From: Octopus sinensis
Taxonomy: Eukaryota
NCBI RefSeq assembly: GCF_006345805.1
Contig: NC_043008.1
Location: 30,008,001-30,072,000, forward strand
Reading direction: 5' to 3'
DNA length: 64,000 nucleotides
Shown here: piece after piece, positions 1 through 13,469 of the stretch
Numbering within the stretch: the stretch's first letter is position 1
How the letters are laid out: each line of letters opens with the position of its first letter
The notes under the pieces: model-generated
Seen by the model: the letters and a program-made list of their open reading frames with translations, nothing else
Told to the model about the DNA's origin: nothing
Databases searched by the model: none
Program-made: the position numbers and the translations under genes

Positions 1-1902
1 TTTTCTGGACCCCCGCTGTTATTGGGGAGCCTACTGCTACGAAAGATATGCAGCACTCAGTACACACACTACAGGGTGGCCCCTAACTCGCATCTATTTG
101 ATGTGAAGTGGCTATTTTTCAATATACAAAGGTATCTTGGTTTTTTTAAAATATAATGGATTCAATTTTATGATAAATAGCCATAGATTTTGCCATCTTA
201 GCGACTCCAATTCATTTAATTAAAAAACAATTTCTTACCCAAAGAACAGCTACAATTTCCTTGGGAATTGTAGCTGCTTTTCGGGTAACTGCAGAAAAAA
301 GGAAAACAGAACACACCTGAAAATGTAGTATGTATATTTGTATGTATCTATGTGTGTTTGTGGGTGTGTATATGTGAGTGTGTGCGTGAGTGTATGTGTG
401 TGTGTGTAAAGATGATCAGATTGATGGAAAGAAGTTTATTGATCTCTAAGTCAAATTCCTCCTTTCAAAGCATTGCTGAACAATGATTTTGAGTTGACCA
501 CTTGCAGTTGAAGTCACACACACACACACACAGGGTCTGTCGTAGGAGATGCGGAGCCCAATTAGGAGAGAGGGAGGATTTTTGAGGGTTCACCCTATCC
601 CACTCCCTCCGAATTCTGTGGAAAAAAATCATTTGCAGCATATAAGGAGATGCGTTTAGTTGATAGCACAAGAAGAAAGAAACGAGGAAAAATCATTATT
701 TCTCACCGAAATCGAGTTAAGTGTTAAAGTATAAACTTACCAAACTTTTTCACCATCAGTAAGCGAAACTACATCTAAACTATACTTTTAAAAAATATTC
801 TGGCAAAAATTAGAAAGAAATTTAACAAGATACCAAAGAATATTTTATCTGTTACATGATGTTACGCTAAAAGAGACATATTAAATCGTCAAGTATGAAA
901 TCTGTAGTAAGGTATATGGTAAACTTTGACAGCTGCTTATTTTGCGCTATATATTATATTTTGCTAATCTTTATTTTTTTGTTAGAAATCTGACACATCT
1001 ATTTCTTTGTTCTAACTCATTTTGCGCTTTATAAGGTATTTTGAAATCGTTTTTTGCTATTTTTGATTAGAGATGGATAAGTCGGTAATTCGTACAATTT
1101 TGAAATATGAGTTCTTTCATGGAAATACAGCATCACAGACAGCTCGGAACATTAATGGATTATTAATGGCAAAAGGGTATTGATAATATGGGTGTATGCT
1201 TTGATGAATGAAACTGCATGCTTTTCTTTCCTACAACTTTCATTCTCGACGACCTAATACATAAAAAGCAAATTAATAATCAGAATTCTCGGAAGCTGGT
1301 TATATACTTAACTTATATTTTTTCTATACCCTCTGTTGTAAACACAGTGTTGTCATTGTAGCAAGAAGACTGTTTCTTAGCTATATGGTTCTGGGTTTAG
1401 TACCACTGTGTGACACCAAATATCTCCTCGGTGTGTATGTGTAGGTTTGTGTTCGTGGTTGTCCCAGAAACCTGAATGGGTGTCATTGTAAAGAGATTTT
1501 CTGTTTTGAATAAGAAACAAGAAATTTTATCTTCCCGCCCCAACTCATTCTCTCCCCCACTGTACACATACACACACACACACGCGCGTGTATGTATGTA
1601 TACAATTCACCACACACGAAAAGATACATATACGGACAATCATACACATACAAGCATCAACATGCATACGCATTCATTCACAAAAATACAATGACCTCGA
1701 CCAAACCACTAGGAAAATTAATTGAACTGTAACCTTTGTTTAACCATGTATCTTTGACAGAAATTTCTATGGCCAAAATATTGAATTCTTTTGCACACAC
1801 ATTTAGCCTTTTGCTTTTATCATTTTTTCTATGCTTCCTTAATACATACACACACACACGCATGCACATTATATATATATATAATATATATATATATATA
1901 TA

Positions 1903-2040
1903 AGCGGTTCGGCAAAAGAGACCGATAGAATAAGTACTGGGCTTACAAAGAATAAGTCCCGGGGTCGATTTGCTCGACTAAAGGCGGTGCTCCAGCATGG
2001 CCGCAGTCAAATGACTGAAACAAGTAAAAGAGAAAAAGAG
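1903..2040 (+). mobile_element. 3' half of tRNA-derived SINE family A (octopus OR-like)
   Basis: AGCGGTTCGGCAAAAGAGACCGATAGAATAAGTACTGGGC...GGCGGTGCTCCAGCATGGCCGCAGTCAAATGACTGAAACAAGTAAAAGAG is nearly identical to the 3' part of the full copy at 51725-52166. It is preceded by (TA)n. Confidence 0.85.
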
Positions 2041-2439
2041 ATATATATTACACTTCAATTGAAATTAAGTTTCCCCAAACTTAAACATATACAAAATATA
2101 TCTATAGCAACTGACGCCACACACAAAGATACGCACACATATCTACATACAATTCACCATACACTTAAACAACTACATACATTCACTCACACACACAAAT
2201 ATTTTATCCAAGCATTCTCATAAACACTCCTAAACATTCACATACAATTTGACCCTTACACTAAAAATACAAGGAAGCCTGACCCAACCAATTTTGAACG
2301 AATGGGTTTATCTTTGTGTTGCTAACGTATATCTTTTGTTAAAGAGCATTTTTATGTAGTTCTTTTTAAACGTCAGGGAGACCCCCTTCAGGAGTTTTTT
2401 AAAGTACAGGATGTGACCTCCTTGAGAGCCGGGCTCCCT

Positions 2440-2494
2440 TGAGCGTGAGACCCGATTGGGAGCAATCGGTCCAATTGGCTTAAGGCCGGCCCTG
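2440..2494 (-). mobile_element. Putative DNA-transposon (hAT/Tip100-like) terminus
   Basis: Reverse strand begins CAGGGCCGGCCTTAAGCCAATTGG, a GC-rich CAGGGCCGG terminus type typical of hAT-Tip100 non-autonomous elements. A similar degenerate end lies at 4311-4333. No transposase seen. Confidence 0.3.
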
Positions 2495-2531
2495 CACACA
2501 CATACACACAGACACACACACACACACACAC

Positions 2532-2600
<69 letters not shown>

Positions 2601-2932
2601 ATATTATATATATATATATATATAACTACTCAAGAAGATAATTATTTCATTGAGGCATTGGCAATTTTCGTCAACAAGTATGTAAGGAATATGTTCCAAT
2701 ATTTACATTTTTAGGTTTAATTATAAAATTACATCACTCAACAGAAAAATGCATTTCTCGGCTTTAGAATTATTGCATTTATGCTTAAATAGATTTCATT
2801 AAATCGAACCTTTGTCTTTCTTTTTTTCTAAATTTTTATAATTCTGCCAAACTCTTGAAATGGGGAAGTGGGGAAATTTTGGTAACTGGGGCATTGAGTA
2901 ATTTCCAACTTCTTTTATTTTCTCATTACTTG

Positions 2933-3560
2933 TTATAAAACATTACACTGTAAGTTTTGAATGCCCATTTCGTACCATTGCATCATATTTGCAAGTAAAA
3001 ATTGGTCAGTATAGTTATTATTGTTGTTGACATTGAGAGAGTTTGAAGCATAAACAGGTCGCAGGAAGTTATTTTTCAAGAAATTATGATTCTTAATGAA
3101 ATATTTGGATAATTGTTGGTGATTGACAATCAATATTCGTTCCTCTGTTGGATTCCACATCAATTTTTTCCCCACTCTAGTTTCTAATTTGATAATTTTC
3201 AAGATTCTAAATCGGGGAAACTGAGTAGTGATTAATGTTAATAATCATTCCTCTTTAACTGCATGGTGCATAAATATATATGGAATGGAAAAGAGCCACT
3301 CCAATTGATCATGAAGAAGCTATAGAGAATAATTTATGTTGAGTTTTTAGATTTTGTCGAGTTTCGTTAATTTCATATGATGTGCTATTTTTCCATAATC
3401 CTCTTTTAGTTGACCAAGATATTTTAAATTTTTGTTGCATTTCTGATCTTACTGATGTCTAAGGATTAATGTTTATGTGTATGAGTCTTTTTTCAAATGT
3501 AATTCTGGAGTGGTGAAGATAATTTACCATATCTTAACTTAATAATTTTGACCTATCTAA
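2933..3560 (-). mobile_element. Highly degenerate Penelope-like GIY-YIG endonuclease remnant
   Basis: Frameshifted fragments TFEKRL..HK / RNATK / YLGQLKE resemble PLE FK.R...HK.S...RNST.LSKY.W.LK. Many stops. Confidence 0.3.
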
Positions 3561-6500
3561 ATTTGCCTTTTATATGTTGAAAGAGAGCGGTGAAAATTTT
3601 CTGAAATAGTGTTCTGGATATGTTAAAGAGATTTTATTGCATTTAGAGGAGGTCAATTTGCTTAGCTGACATAGCTTTTGTAAGGTAGTGGACATTTACA
3701 ACAAAATATATTTGTTTTCAAAGTAACAGAATGCGGTAAATATTACTCACTGGACCCTTGGACCCCACCTAACTCCTACTAGAACCTGGAAAAGCAAACT
3801 TTCAAACGAGCTGTTCCGCTTAAGTTTGAATTTCCTTCTTTTTTCTTTTCCTGCAAGGCACAACAATGAAGGGAAGCTCTTTTAAAGCAAGCAATTTAAA
3901 AATCCATGCTTTTTAAATGTTGGTATCTCCACCCCCTCACACACACAGACACACACCGCCACACACACGCAAACACAAACACACACTCATCTTCTATTTC
4001 GAACAACTATTAAAATGTTTTGTTTTATTCCTGCAATATTCTGTCGTTTTATAGTACTCCACAGTCTGAAACATTTGTAACTGGCATTAGCAATACAAAA
4101 AGTTCAGGCCAGAAGAGTCAAACATTATAATGTGGATGTGTGAGGAAAAAATTTGAATTTTGAAATGTGTACATATCATATAGAGCGAAATTTTCATTCG
4201 TTCATTTAAACTTCTGCTCCATCATCAGATTCAATTAAAGGGAAAAAATTGGTTTTGATATTTAATTCTTCTGTACGAGGAGCCCACGGAACATGAAGTG
4301 CCCCGGGCCTCCAATTGTTGAAATGCGACTCTGGTACTAAGATTGATATTAAAGTAAATTTAGGTTACTTTATACAAATATACGTTGATGTATTTGTTGG
4401 AACGTTATTTTAAAGTAACCGTTTTGTTCCAAGCAATATGATTTTGTAAGATACACCTTAAAAAACTGTGATATCTAAAGTCTGATATTTCTTGTTTCTT
4501 TCGTAAAGAGAATAGTTAAATGTCACTAAAAGTTTAGAATACCATGCGGGAATATGTAATATCCATTAAGTCTCCAATACTGAACACGAAGAAACGTGAG
4601 GTTTTACTGCAGCCGCTTATCAAAAGTAATAAAGTAAATATTAGCCTCAGTATATTGTTATAAAATAGAAATCAGATTTTCACATGGATTGAAATAAAAT
4701 GTGCTAGATTGTTCTTCCTGTGATGTTTTACAGTTAAATGCAGTATAAAAATAAATTCACATATCAATCGTAGCTTAATAATCAGTTAATTAGTTGTTGA
4801 AAACAACAAACATTTGATGGTAATATACAATTAGTTGCTTTTCAGTGGGTGAAAGGTTAGTAAGATTGAAGACAAGAGACTGGCATGATTTGTAATATAA
4901 TGTATTTTTGAACTAAATTATAGACGATTGTATTGCCATACTACTTTTCTTTTCAGAACAGCACGGATCTTACCACAAATATACATTATTGCTAAATATA
5001 AGTTGGTTTGTGTTTATGTAAGAAAAATATTTTTAGAAATAATTCCACGTCAGTGACATTCAGCATTTTCTTTTAAATATGATATACTTTGATAGATATG
5101 TAAATTTTCAGACATTCGTTTTACATAACATTTTCAGAACCTTTAACAATTTCAGCAGCAATTCACTCTACCCTCCAACCTTTTCTTTATCAATCAAACG
5201 TGTTTAACACTCGATCAACCGATTTTCCATTTAGTTATATATTTCCAGAGTGACATGAATAATGGCAATAAGAGTATTACTGGTCCAAATGTTTCCTTCA
5301 TAAACAATATTTACTACTGTTGATATATTCCATAACAATATATATTGTATCTCCCGTTTTAGAGGTTTTCAAAATATTTGCATTCTATTTTATGTATGTT
5401 TATGATATTCTTTAGAAAATACTTAAAGGTTCCTGGTTGTTTCACATAGTTCACAACACCACTGCTTACAAAACTACGATATAAAAACATTAATTGATGA
5501 AAAAATGTTAAATATTTCAAGGCAGACACATACATATATCTAAAGAAAAAAGCAAGAATTGTCGGATATTGATAACGTAGTAATAGTTTTTATTGTAAAA
5601 AGCGAGGTTTGTCTGGCAATTCAATATTTTCACACACACACACACACACACATTCACAAACACACACACACACACATACACACACATATATTCTGTTCAA
5701 CACTAGGAATGTTATTGCCTGATCTGAACTACGATCTATGACACACTTGCTTTAACTAACACATCGTTTTTGTGTAACACAGTATATTGTGGATTGCATT
5801 TGATTTCTCATGTGAATTCCACAGTCGTAGAGTATACCATGAGGGGTAGATATACTATATATAGCCAGGTGTTTACGTTCGATGTTATTCCCATTGGTGA
5901 TGAAAATTAGTGACTATAGTTGTTTACACTTGGTGTGTGGTTTAATTAAAATACAATTCCATTCCAGATTTTCTTTTTTTGTCCCTGTTGGTTCATTGAG
6001 TTGGTTTTTGATGCTATGGTTTTATGATGCCCTCTGCGTGCGGCTATGTTGTTTTTGATGTTGTTTCTAGGTTTTAACACACGGGAAATTTTTGTTATGC
6101 AATTAGATTTCTATTTGTATATTTCCTAGTAATATAACTTTGTTTTTTTATACATTTATAACTATTATATTGAATGTATAATTACACTAAGGGTTACTGA
6201 ATTATATTGCATTACTCCTTAGCATTTGAGCATGTTGTAATGGTGTAAAGTAAGGAGAAATTCTGGGGGATGTTTCCCACTCTCAAATTCAGAAGAGCTA
6301 GTTCTGTGTATCAGAAACTGTTATGCGCAGTGGTATTTTCGGATATACCCTAGTGAAAACTTTCCGTGCGATAGTATGCAATGTTTAGCATATAAATGGT
6401 GTTTCATTACTCTTCTTTACCACTTGCATTACCTGTATCCATTTGTAGCAGTCCATCCTGCTATGCATAAAATCCATTTCACGACCACTCAGAAATTTAC

Positions 6501-6667
6501 TATCAGTCCCAATACATACATGAATACACACACGCGCGCACACACTCACACACATATACATATATGCGTTTGTACATACACATATAGATATATGAGTATT
6601 TATATACATGTACATATGTTTATATACATATGTGTGTGTATGCGTGTCTGTCTGTTTGTGTGAGCAC

Positions 6668-6721
<54 letters not shown>

Positions 6722-6783
6722 ATATATATACGTACTTGCATATTTTGCATATATACATTGTTTATTTCCATATATATATATAT

Positions 6784-7386
6784 ACTGTGGCCAAGCTGGA
6801 GCACTACCAGTGTTACTACCTTTTCAATGGCCCTCTGCATGTCATTCACTGTTGATGGAACTTTTAACTTTCTGAGACTTTGGACAGCAGGAAACCAAAT
6901 GCTCTCTTGAAATTATCTATCCCTGCCTCTTGTAGGTCTCTCAGATATTTCGTCATGGCGTTAAATAGTTGTGGTCCCTTTAAACCCAAGCTATTGCAAT
7001 AAAGGGTATTCATTCTCGACGGGATGGCTGGGACATTTATAACAATTCAGTTTGGGGATTTAATAGCTGTCGAAGCCAAAGTTTAGTTTCAAACTCACCT
7101 TCGTATATCACTGCGTATCTCTCTTGTATTCGTTTCAGAGAGTGGGGCCTTAGCTTTTTCAGTCTCTCGGCTACTCTAGTTATGCAGTAATCGTGGTGTG
7201 CACAGTTGAACTACCTCAAGTTCTACTATTGGTTTGACTCTGTGAGTTGATCACATCTGAGAGCAGATGTCCAGACGGCTAAGTACAAATATCATCTTTA
7301 GGCCCATCATACTTTCTTGGTCTCTTGTTCTGACACTTCTCAGAATTAACTGGCCAATTCCCTGCAGATTTCCACCAACTCGGTAA
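6784..7386 (-). mobile_element. Old 5'-truncated CR1/L2-type LINE fragment (ORF2 C-terminus plus 3' tail)
   Basis: Minus-strand translation gives FVLSRLDICSQM*S, ERLKKLRPHSLKRIQERYAVIY and LYCNSLGLKGPQLFN, paralogous to 7548-8574. It ends in GGTAGTGCTCCAGCTTGGCCACAG. Confidence 0.75.
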
Positions 7387-7459
7387 TATGTGTATATATA
7401 TGTATATATATATATTATATATATATAATTTATATATATATGTATATATATAATATATA

Positions 7460-7526
<67 letters not shown>

Positions 7527-7547
7527 GTATATATCTGTATATATATA

Positions 7548-8574
7548 TACTCTTTTACTCTTTTACTGTTTCAGCCATCCGCCTGAGGCCATGCTGGGGC
7601 ACCGCCCTTGTTGCTACCTTCTCTAAGTCCAGTTTGCCGTGGCTGGCCACTGATCTAAGAGAGAGTTTTGTAGCTGCTGCCCTTAGGTTACCTTCGTACC
7701 TTGCAGTGGGTTCATCTGGATCCCGGAAAGCAGCTTGTCTAGATGTTTTTTGAAAACGTCCACATCCGCATCATGTAGATCTCTTAGTTTTCTTGGCAGT
7801 TTGTTGAACAGCTGAGGGCCCCTGAACCCCAGACTATTACAGTATCTGCTCCTTCCCCTGGATGTGGAAGACGGGACCTTTGGCACCACACAGTGACGTC
7901 CTGTACGGGGATTGGAACAGCTCTCAATTCCAAAATTTGGTGCTAGTCCCTCCAGGATTTTCCATATGTATATCACTGCATATCTCTCTCGTCTTCGTTC
8001 CAAGGATTACAAATTGAGTTCCCTAAGCCTCTCCCAATCGTTCTTTTCTTTCATGGTGGAAATCCTCTTTGGTGAATGTCTTTGGATTGTCTCAAGCTCT
8101 GTGGTTCTTTGACACTATGCGGTGACCACAGTTTGGGGCAGTAGTCCAGGCGGCTTAGGAAAAATGTCCCTCCCATAGTGTCAACATGGTCTCGCAGTCT
8201 CTTGTCCGGAATATCCTCAGGATCCAGCCAGTGAGTCGTCTGCACATTGTCGCCACCTTCGCGATGTGTGAAGAAAAAGATGCATCGGCACTCATGTCTA
8301 TCCCCATCCCGTATTGATTTCGATACTGGGATTTCGATCCCTCCTGGACCAGTATAGTTGTGTTGTAATGTATATGTGTTTACAGCTTGATATTGTAAGG
8401 CTTGAAATTACCAGCATTAAATTGCATGTTGTTGTCTTCAGCCCATTTGTATATGGCATCCAGATCTTGTTGTAAAAGGTCAGCATCAGCTGGGTTTTTG
8501 ATTGCCTGTGCTACCTTTGTGTCATCAGCATAGCTAGTGAGGGATGTTGTTTGTGCTACCAAGGGCATGTCCAT
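7548..8574 (-). mobile_element. 5'-truncated CR1/L2-type LINE (RT C-terminal half, frameshifted) with intact 3' tail
   Basis: SYADDTK RT motif, LQQDLDAIYKWAEDNNMQFN, FLSRLDYCPKLWSP, ERRRERYAVIYIWKILEG and NSLGFRGPQLFNKLP. Tail is GGCGGTGCCCCAGCATGGCC...CTGAAACA(GTAAAAGA)n. (TA)n on both sides. Confidence 0.9.
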
Positions 8575-8824
8575 ATTTATTTATATATATATGTATATAT
8601 ATATATATGTATATATATATATGTATATATATAGGTATATATATATGTATATATAGTTTATTTATATATATGTAAGATTATATATGATTTATAGATATAT
8701 GTATATATATATATTTATATATATATATAATGTATATATATATACGTATATATATATGTATATATATATAATGTATATATATATATATTATATATATATG
8801 TATATATATAATATGTATTATATG

Positions 8825-8873
<49 letters not shown>

Positions 8874-8974
8874 GTATATATATGTATATATATGTATATT
8901 ATATATAGTGTATATATATATATGTTATTATGTATATGTATGCATATATATGTATATGTATGTATATATATATA

Positions 8975-9194
8975 TTTAACACTAAACTGGATCTCTTCTT
9001 GTCGGGAGTCCCAGATGAGCCTAACTCACGACAGGAGACACGGATGCGGGCAGCAGCACCGAACTCCCTTGTTGATCAAGTGCCACGTATCAGAGGTGGA
9101 TTCACAAATTAGTGTAGCTCATTCAGCGGTGGTGCCCCAGCATGGCCGCGGCCTTCGGGCTAAAACATTTTAAATGATTTTAAGGATTTAAGGA
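8975..9194 (+). mobile_element. CR1/L2-type LINE 3' end, subfamily with (TTTAAGGA)n tail
   Basis: Encodes [33 protein letters not shown]...*. The 3' UTR carries GGTGCCCCAGCATGGCCGCGGCCTTCGGGCTAAAACATTTTAAA followed by TTAAGGA repeats. Confidence 0.85.
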
Positions 9195-9304
9195 TATATT
9201 ATATAATATATACTATAGTATATATATTATATTTACATATATGTATGTATATATATATATACATACTTTATGTATGTATATATATATGTTGTATATATTA
9301 TATA

Positions 9305-9347
<43 letters not shown>

Positions 9348-9441
9348 CATACAATATATATATCTATATGTATATATATATATATATATGTATATGTGTA
9401 TATATATATATTTATGTATATATGTATATATTGTATATATG

Positions 9442-9473
<32 letters not shown>

Positions 9474-9938
9474 ATATGTAATATATATATATGTATTATA
9501 TATGTATATATGTATATATATATTATATATAGTATATATGTATATAATATATGTATATATTATATATATATGTATGTATATATGTATATATATATATGTA
9601 TATATATAATATGTAATGTATATATGTATATATAATATATATGTATTATGTAATATATGTATATTATATATATATATATACTATTTATATATGTATATAT
9701 AATATGTATAATATGCATATAATATATAGGTATGTATATATATATATATGTATATATGTATATATATATATATATATGTATATAATAGTATATATATATA
9801 TATGTGTATATAATATATATATATGTATATATGTATATATATATATATGTGTATGTATATATATATATATATATAATATATGTAGTATATATATATATGT
9901 ATGTATATAATATATCTATATACATATATATATGTATG

Positions 9939-9985
<47 letters not shown>

Positions 9986-10906
9986 TATGTATATGTTATG
10001 ATATATATATACATTATATAAAATATTTGTATATATATATATGTATAATATATATAACTATATATATATATTGTATGTATATCTATATATATATACATAT
10101 ATATATATATATTTGTATAGATATATATATATGTAAGTATTATATATACATACATATCTAATTTTATATATATATATGTCAGTATTATATATACATATGT
10201 ATAGATATTTGATAATATATATATGTAAGATATGTATATAGACATCATATATATATATTTGATATTATATATCTGTAGTATATATTATATATACATATAT
10301 ATATAATATATATATATTTTTATTATATAATATATATGTATGTATATATATATACATATATATATATATATTTGTATATATATATATCATATATATGTAT
10401 GTATATATATAATATATACATATATATATATTTGTATATATATATTATATATATATATATATATATATGCATACATATGCATATATGTTCTGTATATATA
10501 TATATATATACATATATGTATGTACTATATATGATATGTATGTATATATATGTATATCTATATATATGTATTATATATATACATATATATATATGTATGT
10601 ATATATATATTATAAATATATAATATATACAATATATGTATATATATATATATATATACATATATGTATATATATATATACATATATATATATACATATA
10701 TGATATATATTATATATACATATATATATACATATATGTATAATATATACATATATGTATATTATATATACATATATATATTATACATATATGTATGCAT
10801 ATATACATAATGTATGTATATATATATATATATACATATATGTATGTATATTATATATATAAGATATATGTAGTATTTATATATATATATATATACTATA
10901 TGTATG

Positions 10907-10946
<40 letters not shown>

Positions 10947-11320
10947 ATTTATATATATATCCATATATATATGTATTTATATATATACATATCTGTATGA
11001 ATATATATATATATATACATTATGTATGTATGTATGTATATATATACATATATATATGTATTTATATATTATATCCATATATGTATGTATTTATATATAT
11101 AGATCTATATAGTGTAGGTTTTATATATATATTATACATATATGTATCTATGATACATATATAATATACATTATATTATTATATAATACAATATATGTAC
11201 GTATATATATACCTCTAATATATGTATGTATATATATATATATACCTATATATCTATATATTTGTATATATATATATACATCTATATATATATTTGTAAA
11301 ATATATATATATATGTATTA

Positions 11321-11365
<45 letters not shown>

Positions 11366-11376
11366 ATATACATATA

Positions 11377-11700
11377 TTCCAACATCCCATCAAAGACAGG
11401 TCCAGATACTGCAACAGCTTGGGTTCAGAGGAACAGCTCTTTAACATCCTCCCTAAATGCTGAAGACTTACATGGTGTGGATGTGGTTTCTTTAAAACTA
11501 ACTGGATCTCTTCTTGTTGGGAGTCCCAATGAACCTACTCACGACAGGAGACACGGATCGGGCAGCAGCATCGACTCCCTTGTTTATCAAGTGCCACGTA
11601 TCAGAGGTGGATTCCACAAACTAGTGTAGCTCATAATCACGGTGGTGACCCAGCATGGCCGCGGCCTTCGGGCTAAAACATTTTAAAGGATTTAAGGATT
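11377..11700 (+). mobile_element. Second, longer copy of the same LINE 3' end
   Basis: The last ~210 nt align closely to 8975-9194. The extra 5' part (CAGATACTGCAACAGCTTGGGTTCAGAGG) matches the RYCNSLGFRG region of 7548-8574. Confidence 0.85.
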
Positions 11701-11925
11701 ATATCTATATGTATATATTATATATATATACATATATAATATATATATTTTGTATTATATTATATTAATATATATATATATTATATAAATATATATATAT
11801 ATATAATATATATATGTATGTATATATATATATACTATATATAATATATATATTTGTATATATATATATATGTAAGTATGTATATATATACATATATATA
11901 TTATTTGTATATATATATATAGTAG

Positions 11926-11956
<31 letters not shown>

Positions 11957-12026
11957 TTGTTATATATATGTAAGATATATATATATATACTATATATATA
12001 TATATTTGTATATATATATATGTATG

Positions 12027-12057
<31 letters not shown>

Positions 12058-12085
12058 TTGTATATATATATATAATTATGTATAG

Positions 12086-12119
<34 letters not shown>

Positions 12120-12851
12120 GTTGTATATATTAATATATATATATATGTATATACTATGCATATATCTATTGTATATTATATATATATATATACATATATG
12201 TATGTATATATATATATATGTTATATTATATATATATATGTATGTATGATATATATATATATATGTATGTATATATATATATTATATATTATATGTACGT
12301 ATATATATATTTACATATATATATACATATATGTATATATATATATACATATATGTATATATATCATACATATATATATATACATATATGTATATATCAT
12401 ATACTATATATTTTTATAAATATGTGTATGCATATATACATATATGTATGTATGTATATATATATAACATATATGTATATATTTATATATATATATAATA
12501 TGATGTATGTATTTATATATATATATATATATACATATATGTATGTATTTATATATATATATATATACATATAGTGTATTTATATATATATATACATATA
12601 TGTATGTATTTATATATATACATTTATGTATGAATATAATATATAATACTTATATCTATGTATGTATGTATATATATACATATATATATGTATTTATATA
12701 TATATATACATAATATGTATGTATTTTATATATAGATACATATATGTATGTATTTATATATATATACATATATGTATGTACATATTATATATCATAATAG
12801 ATACGTATATATATACACATACCACACATATATATATATATATATACACAT

Positions 12852-12890
<39 letters not shown>

Positions 12891-13335
12891 ATATAGTACT
12901 CACATATTCGTAAGGGATTGTTAACAATAATCCAAATACCAACTGGCCTTATCAAATATATTAAATGAAAGTTCTGCAATATATTTTTATAAATAGTCTA
13001 AGTTATACAGTTGTTTACGTTTGAAGATTTTAAAACAGAGTCCTCAATTTAGTTTTTTCGTAATTCACGACCGGAAAATATACTTACTTTCCCTGAAGAT
13101 ATCCGACAATATATATATATTTTTTGCACATCTATAATCGTTTGAATGTTGATGATTCAAACATACTGTCTGATTAAAACATGTGTAGGATTTTTCGGTT
13201 ATTTTGGGGTTGTTTCCTTCATTCGGTTTCTTCTATTCTTATTCTTATATGTATCACTTTTACTTTGCATTACTTTTCTGTTGTGACACAGATAAAATGA
13301 ACCAAATATAATAAAATGGAGAAGGAAAAACTATA

Positions 13336-13452
<117 letters not shown>

Positions 13453-13469
13453 CACCGGAAAAGAAAATA

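Larger units (their letters stand above)
8575..12900. repeat. ~4.3-kb degenerate (TA)n/(TATG)n microsatellite tract interrupted by two LINE 3' ends
   Basis: Near-continuous TA-based sequence except 8975-9194 and 11377-11700. Confidence 0.95.

Noticed and set aside
247-276. 11-bp hairpin CAGCTACAATT/AATTGTAGCTG
   Set aside because: Isolated short inverted repeat with no other copy or context; expected occasionally in 64 kb of AT-rich DNA.
1195-1225. TTGATGA-AT-GAAAC hammerhead-like words (also CTGAAGG...GAAACGT at 54208-54240)
   Set aside because: No stem II or stem I pairing is possible.
8684-12942. Dozens of 60-240 aa ORFs rich in YI/IY/HT/CV (also at 38238-39944, 59157-59602 and elsewhere)
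   Set aside because: They are translations of (TA)n/(CA)n/(TG)n microsatellites, which lack stop codons by construction.
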